DNA of 64,000 bases from an uncultured Puniceicoccaceae bacterium (GCA_963933835.1 CAWVVV010000002.1:288001-352000); one strand, 5' to 3'; shown: positions 1-11,284, counted from the stretch's first letter. Numbers and translations: made by a program. The notes: generated by a model not told the origin, from the letters alone.

Positions 1-1
1 A

Positions 2-568
2 CCCAAGCTTAGTGAGCTCGAACATCGTCAAAGGCTCCTGCCCGTTCAGCCTAAGAATGTCGGAGGCGAGGATGTTCGTACTTGTCCCGACCAGCGTGCA
101 GGCTCCCCCAAAAATCGAAGCATAGGAGAGGGGAATGAGCAGCTTCGACGCGGGCACGTCCATCTCTCTCGCCAAGTGGAGGATGACGGGGAGAAAAATG
201 ACAACGACAGGCGTATTGTTAATGAAGGCCGAAAGCCCACCCACGACAAAGACCATTGCGAGGACGACAACCCCGGTTCCCAGCTTGGACAGCTTGACCA
301 TACTGTTGGCAATGATCTCGATCCCGCCGGTTTTCTCTAGGGCAGCACTGATGATAAACATGGCCGCGATCGTCAGCGGCGCCGTCGAAGAGAAGACATT
401 GAACAATTCGGCCGTCTTCGGGAGGTTATCCGAAATCGGGAGTGAGCCCGCTAGAAGGATGACCCCAAAGGCAGTCAACGCCGTCACATCCGTCGGTACG
501 CGTTCCCAGACGAAACTGCCTACAGTGGCGATAAGGGTGAATAAAACAAAAATTATCTCCCAAGTCAT
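2..568 (-). CDS. SLC13/CitMHS-family permease, N-terminal part (runs off window start)
   Basis: Manual minus-strand translation from ATG 568: MTWEIIFVLFTLIATVGSFVWERVPTDVTAL...LSAFINNTPVVVIFLP...PASKLLIPLSYASIFGGACTLVGTSTNI. These are SLC13/ArsB-NhaD superfamily motifs. Absent from the ORF track because there is no stop in the window. Confidence 0.88.
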   Translation of the reverse strand, partial: MTWEIIFVLFTLIATVGSFVWERVPTDVTALTAFGVILLAGSLPISDNLPKTAELFNVFSSTAPLTIAAMFIISAALEKTGGIEIIANSMVKLSKLGTGVVVLAMVFVVGGLSAFINNTPVVVIFLPVILHLAREMDVPASKLLIPLSYASIFGGACTLVGTSTNILASDILRLNGQEPLTMFELTKLG

Positions 569-727
569 TGGATCAAATTGAATTCTGAGAGTGCGACGCT
601 AAGGGCGGGAGACACAAGGAGATTTCCTCCACCAAGTAGCTTGTTCGATATTTATTCTCCTTGGTCGAGCCCATCGCGTCGTGCAAAAGTAAGTCCAGAG
701 GCGTATGAAAGTGATTCGACCATGGTT

Positions 728-1511
728 ATGAGATGCGTATTTGCAGTGCTTTTGGCGCTTAGCGGGGTGTCAGCGTATCCGCAGACCTGGCTCGCGGGTA
801 GCGGCGATGGATCATGGCGATGGATATATTTCGGTCGCCGACCTGCGTAGTCCGGCGGAACGCCCTGTTACCTTGCGAGCTACGCCCGAGACTTCAGAGG
901 GGCTCCGTGAGGGTGCGGTCATTCGCCTGCAACTGGGGCAGTATGAGGGAGAATGGTGGCTAGACAGTTGGTGGCCAGTGTCCTCTGCCGCAGCGGCTCG
1001 GCTCGTTGATGAGCGATGGTGGTTACCCTTGGAAGAGGAAGGCGACGCTTTCCCCGCTTCGGGCATCCTAGGGCTAGATGATCGGGGCGCTTTGGTGAAT
1101 TTAGGCGATGAGGCCTTCCGCCTTGGCGTGTTTATCGTGCCCTACGGTCGCTCTTCTAATGCCGAGGCGGTTCCACAGGCGATTGAGTTGATGAGCCGCT
1201 TCGCTGAGCGCCTATCGACGACGCCACATCGCGATTTGCCCGTCGTTTTTTGGTCACTTGAGCCTGACCGCGATAAGATCTCCGAGGTTGAAGAGTGGAA
1301 ATCGCTCATGGGGGCCAGAACGGGGGATTTTATTTGGGTTACGAGCCTTCACGAAATGCATGAAAGTTGGATTGAGCAGCTTTCGGTGGTTTCTTTTGAG
1401 GTAGAAGGGCAACCGTTGCAGACAAATCCTATGGTCGTCGCTTTTGCAGACCAAAAAATGAAATCATGCGTTATGAGGGGCATTCGTGGCCCCTTGAATC
1501 ACTCGTTCTGA
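728..1511 (+). CDS. Exported SCO/thioredoxin-fold-like protein, apparently frameshifted near 793
   Basis: A signal-peptide-like start MRCVFAVLLALSGVSA lies in one frame and the body in another. The C-terminal part has SCO-like segments (GLDDRGALVNL; VVFWSLEPDRD resembling ISVDPERD) but no CxxxC. Confidence 0.45.
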
Positions 1512-1615
1512 AGCTCGACGTCGGCCTCTTAATATCTCCAAGGAGTGCAGATGAATAGAGTGGGTGCGGAAAAAGCTCGTTATGGGTGGTCGGATTTGTA
1601 GCTTTTTATTCCTTT

Positions 1616-2140
1616 ATGATCGAACGCAAAACCGCATACGACCGCGACGAGTTGATCCTCTGTGGCAAAGGGAAACTATTTGAGCCGGGCCACGCCCGAC
1701 TGCCTTTGCCCAACATGTTGATGTTTGATCGGGTCGCCGAAATCGATGCGAAGGGTGGCAACCATTCAAAGGGCCTCGTTGTTGCCGAGCTAGATGTGCA
1801 ACCTGACCTCTGGTTTTTCGGATGCCACTTTGAGGGCGATCCTGTGATGCCGGGATGCCTCGGCCTCGACGCGCTTTGGCAGCTAGTGGGCTTTTATATT
1901 ACCTGGTCTGGTCATCTCGGCAACGGGCGGGCCCTTGGTGTCGGCGAAGTGAAGTTTATTGGGCAAGTGCTTCCGGAGGTGAAGAAGGTGACCTACGAGA
2001 TTCACATCAAACGCCTCCTTACTGGACGCCTGAAAATGGCGGTGGCAGATGGCCGAGTGCTTGCAGACGGTCAGGAAATTTACACCGCGAGTTCGCTCCG
2101 TGTGGGCCTTTTTTCAGACACCAATTCGGCCTCCTCTTAG
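1616..2140 (+). CDS. fabA: 3-hydroxyacyl-ACP dehydratase/isomerase FabA
   Basis: [39 protein letters not shown] (His/Asp dyad of FabA); [11 protein letters not shown]. Confidence 0.96.
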   Translation: MIERKTAYDRDELILCGKGKLFEPGHARLPLPNMLMFDRVAEIDAKGGNHSKGLVVAELDVQPDLWFFGCHFEGDPVMPGCLGLDALWQLVGFYITWSGHLGNGRALGVGEVKFIGQVLPEVKKVTYEIHIKRLLTGRLKMAVADGRVLADGQEIYTASSLRVGLFSDTNSASS

Positions 2141-2253
2141 TAACTGTGATTTTTCCGGATCGAACTTGCACGGCCACGATGGCCTCTTCTCTATTATCGA
2201 CCCTATTGAGATACGAGTTGCGATCCCAACGATAGAACCTTAGATAATATACT

Positions 2254-3471
2254 ATGCAACGACGAGTCGTCATTACTGGAGCTGGAATTATTTCGCCGAT
2301 TGGCAATGATCTTGAGAGTGTTCTCAAGTCGCTGCGCGAGAGTATTTCGGGAATCGAATTCAGTGATCTCTACAAGGACGGTGGGATGCGGAGTCACGCT
2401 AGTGGCACGGTCAAAGACCGCACATCTCTCCTAGCTTCAATCGATCGCAAGCTCTCCCGCTTTATGGGCGACGCCGCCGCGTATGCCTACCTTGCGATGC
2501 GACAGGCGATCGAACATGCCGGATTGAGCAAAGAGCATGTCAGCCATCCGCGAACAGGTGTTATCGCCGGTAGTGGAGGAGGCTCACCTTTTGCTCAGGT
2601 TGAGGGCGTTGATGTATTACGGGGAAAAGGCATTCGCCGTTGTGGCGCATTTCGGGTCCCGCGTGTGATGTCGAGCACGGTCTCTGCAAACCTCGCGACA
2701 GCTTTTGGTATCCAAGGCGTAAATTACTCGATTACGAGTGCCTGTGCGACGAGTGCCCACTCAGTGGGAGCCGGCCTCGAGCAGATCGCTTGGGGTAAGC
2801 AAGACATCGTCTTTGCTGGTGGGGGCGAAGAGGAGTCTGTCGAACTGGCGGCCTTTTTTGATTCCATGGGAGCGCTGACGACGGGTCATAACGACACGCC
2901 TACAACTGCCAGCCGGCCCTACGACATAACACGTGACGGTTTCGTAGCCGCAGGTGGCGGAGCGATGATCGTGCTTGAAGAATATGAGCACGCTGTTGCT
3001 CGTGGAGCCACCATCCTCGCTGAGGTTGTTGGCTACGGCGCGACCAGTGATGGTGCAGACATGGTCGCACCGAATGGTGAAGGCGCGCGCCGCTGCATGG
3101 AGCAAGCGATCGCGACCGTGGATACGCCGATTGACTACATCAATACTCATGGCACGAGCACACCGGTCGGCGACGTCGTCGAACTCGGCGCCTTGCGTGC
3201 AACTTTTGGGGACAACATTCCGCCGATCAGTTCAACCAAAGCACTGACGGGTCACAGCCTCGGTGCAACCGGAGCCCAAGAGATCATCTACAGCATGCTC
3301 ATGCTCAACAATGGTTTCATTTCACCCAGCGTTCACATCACCGAGCTCGATCCGCAGGCCGAAGGCTTCCCGATCGTGCGCGAATACCGTGAGGCATCGC
3401 TGCGCACGGTGATGTCCAACAGCTTCGGGTTTGGCGGCACGAATGCATCGGTCGTTCTCAGGTCCATCTAA
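2254..3471 (+). CDS. fabB: Beta-ketoacyl-ACP synthase I
   Basis: [54 protein letters not shown]; adjacent to fabA. Confidence 0.93.
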   Translation: MQRRVVITGAGIISPIGNDLESVLKSLRESISGIEFSDLYKDGGMRSHASGTVKDRTSLLASIDRKLSRFMGDAAAYAYLAMRQAIEHAGLSKEHVSHPRTGVIAGSGGGSPFAQVEGVDVLRGKGIRRCGAFRVPRVMSSTVSANLATAFGIQGVNYSITSACATSAHSVGAGLEQIAWGKQDIVFAGGGEEESVELAAFFDSMGALTTGHNDTPTTASRPYDITRDGFVAAGGGAMIVLEEYEHAVARGATILAEVVGYGATSDGADMVAPNGEGARRCMEQAIATVDTPIDYINTHGTSTPVGDVVELGALRATFGDNIPPISSTKALTGHSLGATGAQEIIYSMLMLNNGFISPSVHITELDPQAEGFPIVREYREASLRTVMSNSFGFGGTNASVVLRSI

Positions 3472-3812
3472 TGGAACCAAGAGTCAGCAGCGAGCGGGGG
3501 AATTACGCACTGTCGTTATTTGCTCTGGTCGATCGAAGTAAAGTTGACGACGCTAATCAGCAATTGCCGGAGCTCGCAGAGCAACTTCAGGCCTATCTGG
3601 GCGGAAACATGGGCATCGAAATTTTGGATAGTCGGATCGAGCAACTTGGCGGAGACACCTACCTTGTGCTCAACGGCGTTGCGGGACCTTCCATTCCCGC
3701 TCTCTTCGCTTTGTGCGATGTGCAAAAGACCCAGCTTTTCCGTTATGAACGCGATGATTCAGATTCTGCTACTTTGACGCCGCTCGCGGTCGATCCTTCT
3801 GGGGGTAATTAG
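3471..3812 (+). CDS. Hypothetical protein translationally coupled to fabB
   Basis: 113 aa ORF whose ATG overlaps the fabB stop (TAATG). Confidence 0.65.
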   Translation: MEPRVSSERGNYALSLFALVDRSKVDDANQQLPELAEQLQAYLGGNMGIEILDSRIEQLGGDTYLVLNGVAGPSIPALFALCDVQKTQLFRYERDDSDSATLTPLAVDPSGGN

Positions 3813-3852
3813 CCTCAATTGCATGAAGCAACGTAGAGTTTTCGAAAACAGC

Positions 3853-3881
3853 TTGACGGAGCTTTTTACAGGGGCATATTC
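3853..3881 (+). promoter_or_regulatory. Putative sigma70 promoter of tRNA-Gln
   Basis: TTGACG at 3853 and a weak -10 (CATATT) 16 nt downstream, about 13 nt before the tRNA. Confidence 0.45.
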
Positions 3882-3893
3882 CGCGTCTCTTTT

Positions 3894-3967
3894 AGGCCTA
3901 TGGTGTAATGGTAGCACAGAGGTTTTTGGTATCTTTAGTTGGGGTTCGAATCCCTGTAGGCCTGCCA
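3894..3967 (+). tRNA. tRNA-Gln (TTG)
   Basis: Acceptor stem AGGCCTA/TAGGCCT, anticodon loop TT-TTG-GT, GGTTCGAATCC T-arm, encoded CCA. Confidence 0.96.
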
Positions 3968-3987
3968 TTTTTTGAAGTTTTGAAAGT

Positions 3988-4020
3988 AAGGCTGCTCCGA
4001 AAAGAGCGGCTTTATCTTTC
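3988..4020 (+). terminator. Intrinsic terminator after tRNA-Gln
   Basis: AAGGCTGCTC-cgaaaa-GAGCGGCTTT hairpin followed by a T-rich tract. Confidence 0.6.
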
Positions 4021-4108
4021 TATCCTTAGTGGGTAAGCGCTTTTCGCCGCTTGACAGCCGAAAGACTGCCCGCTGTTTTCCTCCATTCAATTTTAAATAT
4101 TACCCGCT

Positions 4109-4249
4109 ATGATGCCAACCTATCGTCCCTCTAAGCTAAAGCGTGCGCGCAAATTTGGCTTTCGTGCCCGCCGTGCTACCAAAAGTGGCCGCAAGGTTCT
4201 CCAAGCTCGCCGCGCTCGCGGACGCAGCCGCCTCTCGGCGTCTGTCTAG
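4109..4249 (+). CDS. rpmH: 50S ribosomal protein L34
   Basis: Manual translation [46 protein letters not shown]; directly upstream of rnpA. Confidence 0.97.
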   Translation: MMPTYRPSKLKRARKFGFRARRATKSGRKVLQARRARGRSRLSASV

Positions 4250-4272
4250 TCTGGTTGGCTGGCGTATCTGCC

Positions 4273-4662
4273 ATGCGCTTTAGGCGCGAACAGCATATTA
4301 GACGCACCACTGAATTCTCAGTCGTGCGCACTCAGGGAAAGCGTCGAGATTGCGGCGCTTTTTTTGTGCACCTACTCCGAACAGAGCAGAAAGAGGGCTT
4401 AGGGCTGAGGAGAGTTGGCGTTGTTGCGTCTAAGCGCGTGGGCAACGCAGTAGAGAGAAACCGGGCAAAACGGCTACTACGGGAGGCCTTCCGCCACGAA
4501 ATCGAAGAGCTGCCCGCGGGTTGTGATCTCGTTTTGACTGCTCGCCGCTCGATTCTTAACTTTGATCTCGAAACCTGCCGCCGCCGCTTAGTCACAGCGG
4601 TGAAGCAACTGGGCAAACAAAACCACTTGTCTGAAGAGACGCATAAGGAGCGAGAGCAGTGA
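4273..4662 (+). CDS. rnpA: Ribonuclease P protein component
   Basis: [28 protein letters not shown] (RNR motif). Confidence 0.96.
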   Translation: MRFRREQHIRRTTEFSVVRTQGKRRDCGAFFVHLLRTEQKEGLGLRRVGVVASKRVGNAVERNRAKRLLREAFRHEIEELPAGCDLVLTARRSILNFDLETCRRRLVTAVKQLGKQNHLSEETHKEREQ

Positions 4663-4991
4663 AAGAGGGCGCCCCTTCGCGGAAGCGGCGACCACTGCAT
4701 CTTTGGCCTGCGTTCGTCCTACTAGGATTCTACCGTTGGATTATCTCTCCGGTCATTCATGCCTTTGCTCCCGGTATGGGCTGTCGATATCAGCCTAGCT
4801 GCTCAGCTTATGCGGGCGAGGCACTTGATCGCTTTGGACTCTTGCGTGGCAGCTGGTTGGCGCTTCGTAGACTCTCTGATTGTCATCCTTTTGGGCACGC
4901 TGGTCCCGACCCAGTGCCGAAGACTTGGCCAGGCTGGTGGGCCCGTCGCCGTCACTATTTTGGCAAAACTGGCACAGAGAATGAAATCTAG
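4659..4991 (+). CDS. yidD: Membrane protein insertion efficiency factor YidD
   Basis: [10 protein letters not shown]...[10 protein letters not shown]; conserved synteny. Confidence 0.93.
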   Translation: MKEGAPSRKRRPLHLWPAFVLLGFYRWIISPVIHAFAPGMGCRYQPSCSAYAGEALDRFGLLRGSWLALRRLSDCHPFGHAGPDPVPKTWPGWWARRRHYFGKTGTENEI

Positions 4992-5050
4992 GCCCGTTCT
5001 GGTTGCCAAGTTGCCCCAGAACCCTCCTGATCCTCCGTTTTAAATTTTTC

Positions 5051-6931
5051 ATGGATAAGAAGAACACACTTTTAGGCACGATTTTCCTCATTGCTGCCCT
5101 TGGTTTGATGTATTGGAACTCCAAGCAGATGGCAGAGGCCCAGCGCCGGGCCGCGGAGGAGGCTGCTGCTAACCCACCTGTCATCGAGGCTCCTGCCGAA
5201 GATAGCGCTGCGCCATTTTTCGGCTCTCCAGCGACGATCGTCAGTGATGTTCCTGGGATGTTACAAGAGGTTGTCCCGCCGCCAGCTCCAACGTCGGACG
5301 AGGTCACAACCGTCATTGGCAACTCGTATTTCGAGGCGACACTCACATCGCTTGGCGGCGCAATCAAGACCGTTGCCCTCATCGCGCGCGATGAGGATGG
5401 CGAGTTTGTCTACCCGATCGAGCTGGATTCGGAAGAGCCCGTTGTGCTGCATGCCCTCGCAGAGACACTGCCCTTTAGCCTTTCGCAGTTGAGCGGAAAT
5501 GACTTCCGTCCGCTTGCGCTTGATTTTGCTCTGATTGAGTCATCGTACGATCGCGTTGTATTTGAAACCTCACTACCGCAGGGCTTGGTCATTCGCCGAA
5601 CTTATGAGTTGGTCGAAGGCGAAGATGGGACCCCGGCAGACTATACAATCCGCCACACACTCACGGTCTTGAATCCAGGCACAACCGACTTTGATCTGTC
5701 GGAATTGTATTTGAATATTGGGACGGCCGCGCCGACCAATGCCGACCCTTACGGTATGGACCTGAACGCCTCGGTCAATGTCGATGGCAAGTATAAGAAC
5801 ATCGCCGCGAGTAAGTTTAAGAGCAGCTTCTTTTCCAGCGCCAAAAAGCGTGTCGAGCGCACTGGATCGATCAAATGGGCGGCGGTTAAGAATCAATTTT
5901 TCACCTCCATCGTTACACCAGAGACACCGGGTAACAGCCTCCTCTCGCTTCCGGTGAAGTATCCGACCCCACTCAAATCGCGGAAGCCGTCGATTGGGAT
6001 CACCTCGTTTATTGAGTTCGATTTTGATCTCGTGATGGCAGGCACCTCACAGAGCTTGGTAATGGATTACTACTCGGGGCCAAAAGACTTTAACCGTCTC
6101 AAGCAGATGGGTGCCAAGCAGGAAGACGTCATGCACTTCGGCTGGTTCATGGGCATGTTCCTCGGGATTATTGCCTTTGTCGGGAAGGCTCTCTTTAGCC
6201 TCCTCAGCTTTATCCACGGCCTGATTGGCAACTGGGGTTTCGGGATCATTTTAATGACCTTGGTTGTCCGCCTCTTGCTTTGGCCTTTGACCGCCAAGGC
6301 GGCGCGCTCTTCGAAGCGGATGCAAGAGCTGCAAAAGCCAATGGCCGCGCTCAAAGAGAAGTTTAAAGACAGCCCTCAGAAGCAGCAGCAGGCGACCCTT
6401 GAGCTTTTCAAGAAGCATAAGATCAATCCACTTTCAGGCTGCTGGCCGCTCCTGCTGCAATTCCCGATCTTCATCGCGATGTTTAATCTTTTGCGGAATA
6501 CGTCGGACCTTCGCTTCGCTGAGTTTCTTTGGATTACGGACCTTTCGATGCCGGATGCGTCGATCCCGCTGGGAGACTTTGCCCTCGGTCCGATTAAGGG
6601 TGCGATCAATGTTCTTCCGTTTATCTGGCTCGTTAGCATGTGGTTCCAGATGAAGATGATGCCGCAGCCGTCGGTTGATAATGCGCAGGTAAAGATCATC
6701 AAATACATGCCTTTCATCTTTTTCCCGATGACCTATTTCTTCTCGAGCGGCCTCGTTCTCTACTGGACGACGACAAATGGCTTCTCGATTTTCCAAGCCT
6801 GGATGACGAAGCGGAGTAAGGATTCCGAAGATATTGCGATCGAAGCGGAGATCCTCGAGAGTGAGGAGAAGAAGACCGTCTTGAAGACAGGTCCGATTCC
6901 GTCGAAGAAAAAGAAACGCAAGAACCCCTAG
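5051..6931 (+). CDS. yidC: Membrane protein insertase YidC
   Basis: NWGFGIILMTLVVRLLLWPL, NPLSGCWPLLLQFPIF, FLWITDLSMPD, SGLVLYW. Confidence 0.97.
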   Translation: MDKKNTLLGTIFLIAALGLMYWNSKQMAEAQRRAAEEAAANPPVIEAPAEDSAAPFFGSPATIVSDVPGMLQEVVPPPAPTSDEVTTVIGNSYFEATLTSLGGAIKTVALIARDEDGEFVYPIELDSEEPVVLHALAETLPFSLSQLSGNDFRPLALDFALIESSYDRVVFETSLPQGLVIRRTYELVEGEDGTPADYTIRHTLTVLNPGTTDFDLSELYLNIGTAAPTNADPYGMDLNASVNVDGKYKNIAASKFKSSFFSSAKKRVERTGSIKWAAVKNQFFTSIVTPETPGNSLLSLPVKYPTPLKSRKPSIGITSFIEFDFDLVMAGTSQSLVMDYYSGPKDFNRLKQMGAKQEDVMHFGWFMGMFLGIIAFVGKALFSLLSFIHGLIGNWGFGIILMTLVVRLLLWPLTAKAARSSKRMQELQKPMAALKEKFKDSPQKQQQATLELFKKHKINPLSGCWPLLLQFPIFIAMFNLLRNTSDLRFAEFLWITDLSMPDASIPLGDFALGPIKGAINVLPFIWLVSMWFQMKMMPQPSVDNAQVKIIKYMPFIFFPMTYFFSSGLVLYWTTTNGFSIFQAWMTKRSKDSEDIAIEAEILESEEKKTVLKTGPIPSKKKKRKNP

Positions 6932-6973
6932 TAAGCGAACGGCGCTTACGACCAATCTCCCACCCACCGAACC

Positions 6974-7726
6974 ATGTCTGGACACAGTAAATGGGCAACG
7001 ACCAAGCGCCACAAGGCAGTCGTCGATGCCAAACGCGGCAAAATCTTCAGCACCCTTTCCAAGGACCTTACCTTAACGGCCCGTAATGGCGGAGGTGACC
7101 CAGAGTTCAATCCGCGCCTGCGCACGACGATCGTCAAAGCCAAGGCGGCAAACATGCCTGCGGACAATATCGACCGCGCGATCAAGAAAGGCACGGGCGA
7201 GCTTCCCGGAGTTGAATACAGCGAGTTGCTCTACGAAGGTTATGGTCCCGGCGGCATTGGTATCATCGTCGAAGTGACGACGGACAATAAGAACCGCGCC
7301 GCCAGTGACGTGCGTTCTACTTTCACCAAAAACGGCGGTAATCTCGCGACCCCCGGTGCGCTTCAGGCGTTTTTCAACCATCAGGGCCAGTTCCTCATCG
7401 CGGCCGATAAAACGAACGAAGAGCAGCTCATGGAAGTTGCCCTCGAAGCCGGTGCGGAAGATATCATCGATAACGGCGACCACTTTGAGGTGCGCTCGCC
7501 GATGGGTGAATACGACAACGTCGCAACCGCGCTGGAGGCTGCCGGCATCGAATCAGGGAGCAGCGAGCTTGCCTACATCCCGAGTTCGTTGAACGCGATT
7601 ACGGATAAAGACATGGTGGCTAAAGTCCTTCGCCTGACCGAAGCTCTCGACGATCTCGACGATGTGCAGAATGTCTTCGATAACAGTGAGATCGCGCCAG
7701 CGCTGCTCGAAGATAGCGACGCTTAG
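6974..7726 (+). CDS. yebC: YebC/PmpR family protein
   Basis: MSGHSKWATTKRHK, YEGYGPGG, LDDLDDVQNVF. Confidence 0.96.
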   Translation: MSGHSKWATTKRHKAVVDAKRGKIFSTLSKDLTLTARNGGGDPEFNPRLRTTIVKAKAANMPADNIDRAIKKGTGELPGVEYSELLYEGYGPGGIGIIVEVTTDNKNRAASDVRSTFTKNGGNLATPGALQAFFNHQGQFLIAADKTNEEQLMEVALEAGAEDIIDNGDHFEVRSPMGEYDNVATALEAAGIESGSSELAYIPSSLNAITDKDMVAKVLRLTEALDDLDDVQNVFDNSEIAPALLEDSDA

Positions 7727-7751
7727 TAGACAGCCGCCCTCTGGGTGCTAT

Positions 7752-8689
7752 TCAGCGATAGCTGGCAGTGGCTCGGGTAGATCCAAAGACGTAACTCAGT
7801 ACACCTGGGTTCACGACGATTTCGGATACCTGGGTCGTGTTACTTAGAGTAGCATCAACCGACGTGGTGACTAAAAACGGCATTGGGATTTCGTCGACAT
7901 AACGGTAGTCGCCGTATTCGACGGTGACTGAATTTGGACCCTCTGCTTCGGCGCTCTTGAAGGAAATGTCTCTTTGCGTGCATAGAAAATGCCCTGCGTT
8001 GATCGTCATCTTGTCGACGTAGCGCCCGCTTCGGCGCTCGATCACATAGGGGGCATCGCTGTCATCGCTGCCTGCAGGTAAAAGGGCTAATGCTCCCTCG
8101 CGCCAAAGCGAATCACTGAAGGGCTTCAAGGTCATGAGATCGATTTCGATCAGGATCCGATCGAGACCATCGAGCCGACTGTATTGGGTTGCTCCGTGGG
8201 TGATCTCAATCCGCCGCCAGATGTCATCCCCATTGGAGCCAGCCGTCATGGTGTAGCCTTTTGTTTCATACAAATAGCGGATGTGATCTGGAGTCCTAAA
8301 AATTACGGTCGAGTTGATTCGATCGGTCTTGTCGTCTCGGTGAATAGTGACTTTCCCGGCACGCCGTAAGGTCTGGATGTCCGTGAGTCTTTGCACGCCT
8401 CCGTGCGCTTTGAGTGCACGCCTTATGACTCTTCTTGCAGGTCTAGGCGTTCACCGTTGTTGGGTGTATCAAAGAGTTGATTCTCTGGCCGTGTTGAATA
8501 CGCGAGAATCTCTGCCTCAGTGAGTACTTCTTTGGCAACAAAGCCGGTCTCTCCTGGGCCTTGAAGAACCTTCACGATGATGAAAAACCCACCCACTAGC
8601 ATAACCATACCACAAAGGATACTTCCGAGTTGGTAGAGTAGGGCGTGATTTCTTAAGTGATTGTGGAATTCCTCTTTAGATGCCATCAC
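7752..8689 (-). CDS. Membrane-anchored protein with a LolA-like/lipoprotein-sorting-type domain; frameshift near 8430 joins two ORFs
   Basis: ORF 8423-8689 (TM helix) continues after a 1-nt shift into VIRRALKAHGGVQRLTDIQTL and ends with YGDYRYVDEIPMPF...IVVNPGV, a pattern typical of this family. Confidence 0.55.
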
Positions 8690-8833
8690 CCACTACAGGT
8701 ATCCAGTTTCTCGGACTCGGCAAGGCCTTGCTTTGGCGCGCTTTTTGATCGCTGAAAGGCTCCCTCATCGACTGGCTGTGGAATTCGAGCAAATGCGGGG
8801 GGTTGACGCGTTCGCTATACTCTTACTGTGCGA

Positions 8834-9698
8834 ATGAAATATATAAACAAAGCAGCTTTGATATTGGGGCTCTGGGTTGCGTCGGGAGCCGGTCTTGATG
8901 CGGCCGTCCTAAAGGTCGCGGTTTCGTTACCGCCACAGGCCGAAATCGTTCGGGCTGTCGGTGGAGAGCGTGTCGAGGTGACTGTTGTGCTGCCGGCAGG
9001 GGTAGGGCATGAGTCCTATTCGCCGCGGCTTAGAATGCTGCGCCGAGTGGCGATGGTTGATCTCTACTGGGCGACGGGGGGTGGGTTTCGAACGGATCTG
9101 GCTTCCTAAGCTTTCTGCCTCCAATCCAGCCTTAGAAATCTTTGAGTGGACGGCTGTGGCCTGTGAGCATACGCACCATGATCATGCCGAGCATGAGGAC
9201 CTCCATCGCTGGCTAGATATCGCAGCGGTTGAAGAGGCAGGAGTACTTTTAGCCGAGCAAATGACGCGTCTTGATCCGGCCGGAGCTGCCCTCTATGCGA
9301 AAAATTCTCGGGCCTTTTCGGCTCTTTGTGCTGAGCTCAAGGCTGAGTTAAAAGACCTCTTTGAGCCCCACCAAGGGCGTCGCTTTTATGTCTACCATGG
9401 CGCTTTTGGCTATTTTGCGGAGGCCTTTGGTTTGGAGCAAGTGGCCCTTGAGAGCGAAGGCCGTGAGCCCTCCCTTCGTGGCCTGAGCAATCTCATTACG
9501 ACGGCGCGTGCCGACGGCGCTCGCTTCGTTTATATACAGCCACAAATACAGGCTCCATCGGCCCAGCGACTTGCTGAGGCGATCGGGGCTGAACTCATTG
9601 TTTTGGATCCTTTAGCGGAGCAATGGGCGTCCAATCTCCGTTCGATCGCTCAAACCATGGCGGATGGATTCGCCGCTGCCCCGAAATCGAAAGAATGA
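8834..9698 (+). CDS. znuA: Zn ABC transporter substrate-binding protein (ZnuA-like); frameshift in G run near 9076-9081
   Basis: Signal peptide, VVLPAGVGHESYSP, His-rich HTHHDHAEHEDLHRW, YHGAFGYFA, LDPLA. Confidence 0.85.
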
Positions 9699-10453
9699 CC
9701 GCCGCGATTGAATTCAAAGAGGTAGCGTTTGCCTACCGACAACGTCAGGTGCTGGAGGGCCTTTCATTTAGCATCTCCCCGCACGAGACGGTCTGTTTTG
9801 TCGGACCCAACGGAGGGGGGAAATCGACCGCGCTAAAGCTGATGCTCGGCCTCCTCAGTCCGCAAAAAGGCAGTGTCCGTATCCTTGGCAAAGCGCCGCG
9901 CCGCGCTCAACGCCGGATTGGCTACATGCCTCAAAGTTTAGAATTTGATCCGCTCTTTCCCCTGACAGTCAAAGATGTCGTGCTCGCCGGGCGTTTGAAC
10001 GGAATGCGCCCCGGGTTTTACTCCCGCAATGATCGGCTGATCGCTGCTGGCTGCCTTGATGAAATGGAACTCAGCGGAGTCGCTGAGCATCCAATGGCTG
10101 AGCTCTCAGGAGGCCAACGTCAGCGGGGTTTGATCGCTCGTGCGCTCGCGGTAGAACCAGAGATCCTCTTGCTCGATGAACCGACGGCGATGGTCGATGC
10201 CCATCTTGAGACACGGCTTCTGGAGAAAATTCGGAGCCTCCACCGCCAGTTGACGATTGTATTGGTTTCTCACGACGCCGCGTTCGTCTCGTCCTTAGTC
10301 GAACGTGTTTTTTGCGTTAACACCACCGTCACTGAACATGCCGCCGAGGGTTTGACGGCGGAGACGATGCATGCGCTCTACGGCGACGCGGTCCAAGTCG
10401 TGCGCCATGATCACGACTGCGCTCACGATCACGGGGAGGGCGGCCATGAGTGA
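9695..10453 (+). CDS. znuC: Zn ABC transporter ATP-binding protein
   Basis: GPNGGGKS, LSGGQRQR, LLLDEP, His-rich C-terminus. Confidence 0.9.
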   Translation: MTAAIEFKEVAFAYRQRQVLEGLSFSISPHETVCFVGPNGGGKSTALKLMLGLLSPQKGSVRILGKAPRRAQRRIGYMPQSLEFDPLFPLTVKDVVLAGRLNGMRPGFYSRNDRLIAAGCLDEMELSGVAEHPMAELSGGQRQRGLIARALAVEPEILLLDEPTAMVDAHLETRLLEKIRSLHRQLTIVLVSHDAAFVSSLVERVFCVNTTVTEHAAEGLTAETMHALYGDAVQVVRHDHDCAHDHGEGGHE

Positions 10454-11284
10454 CCTTTTCTCTGGGCCAAATGGCTTTTTATGGCTTGGGCTCTTGGTTG
10501 GACTGGGGGCAAGTTTTGCCTTTGGCAGCCTCGGCTCAATCATCGTCGCGAAGCGGTTGGGTTATCTCGCCGGTGCGGTGGCGCACGCGTCGCTCGGCAG
10601 TATCGGCGTCTGTCTTTATGCTGAACGAGTATTGGGCTGGGCATGGGTGGATCCACTCTGGTGTGGAGCCCTCCTTTCAATGATTGCTGGTCTACTCATG
10701 GAGGTGATCCGGCGCGTCTCCCCAGAGCGCGAAGATACTTTGCTTGGCGCGCTGTGGGCGGTCGGGATGTCAGTCGGCTTGATCTGCCTTTCGCAGACCC
10801 CGGCTACGCAAATCCATCGAGCTATCTTTTCGGCAACTTGCTCTTGGTTTCGACCGGAGACTTGTGGCGTATCCTGATCCTCGATGCGATTCTCTTGGGA
10901 CTGCTTGGCGCCTATTATCCGATCTGGCAGGCCTCTGCTTTTGACGAGGAGTTTGCCCGCCTGCGCGGAGTGAAAGTGGAACTCTTTTCGGCCCTCTTTA
11001 TTGCCCTTGTGAGCCTCAGTGTAGTCCTGCTCTTGTCAGTTGTTGGTCTGCTCTTGGTCGTGGCTTTGATGACGCTGCCAGCCTCGGCTGCTAGCCGGGT
11101 GACGAAGTCGCTTGGAGGTATGATGATCGGCGGTGTTGTGATTTGCGCCATCAGTGTGGTCTCGGGCCTAGCGCTGAGTTATGCCACCGATTGGCCTTCG
11201 GGTCCTTCGATCGTCATTTTTTCTGCCGTGATGTACTTCGCCTTTGCTCAGTTCGGGAGCTGGCGCAGCCGGCGGCAGGCATAA
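10446..11284 (+). CDS. znuB: Zn ABC transporter permease; frameshift in C run near 10798-10801
   Basis: AGAVAHASLG, SYLFGNLLLV, FDEEFARLRG, PSGPSIV split across two frames. Confidence 0.85.

Noticed and set aside
135..581. Plus-strand 148-aa ORF
   Set aside because: Antisense shadow of the minus-strand SLC13 permease.
8809..8834. TTCGC...GCGAA inverted repeat before znuA as a Zur box
   Set aside because: Short arms, poor match to Zur motifs I know, and irregular promoter spacing.
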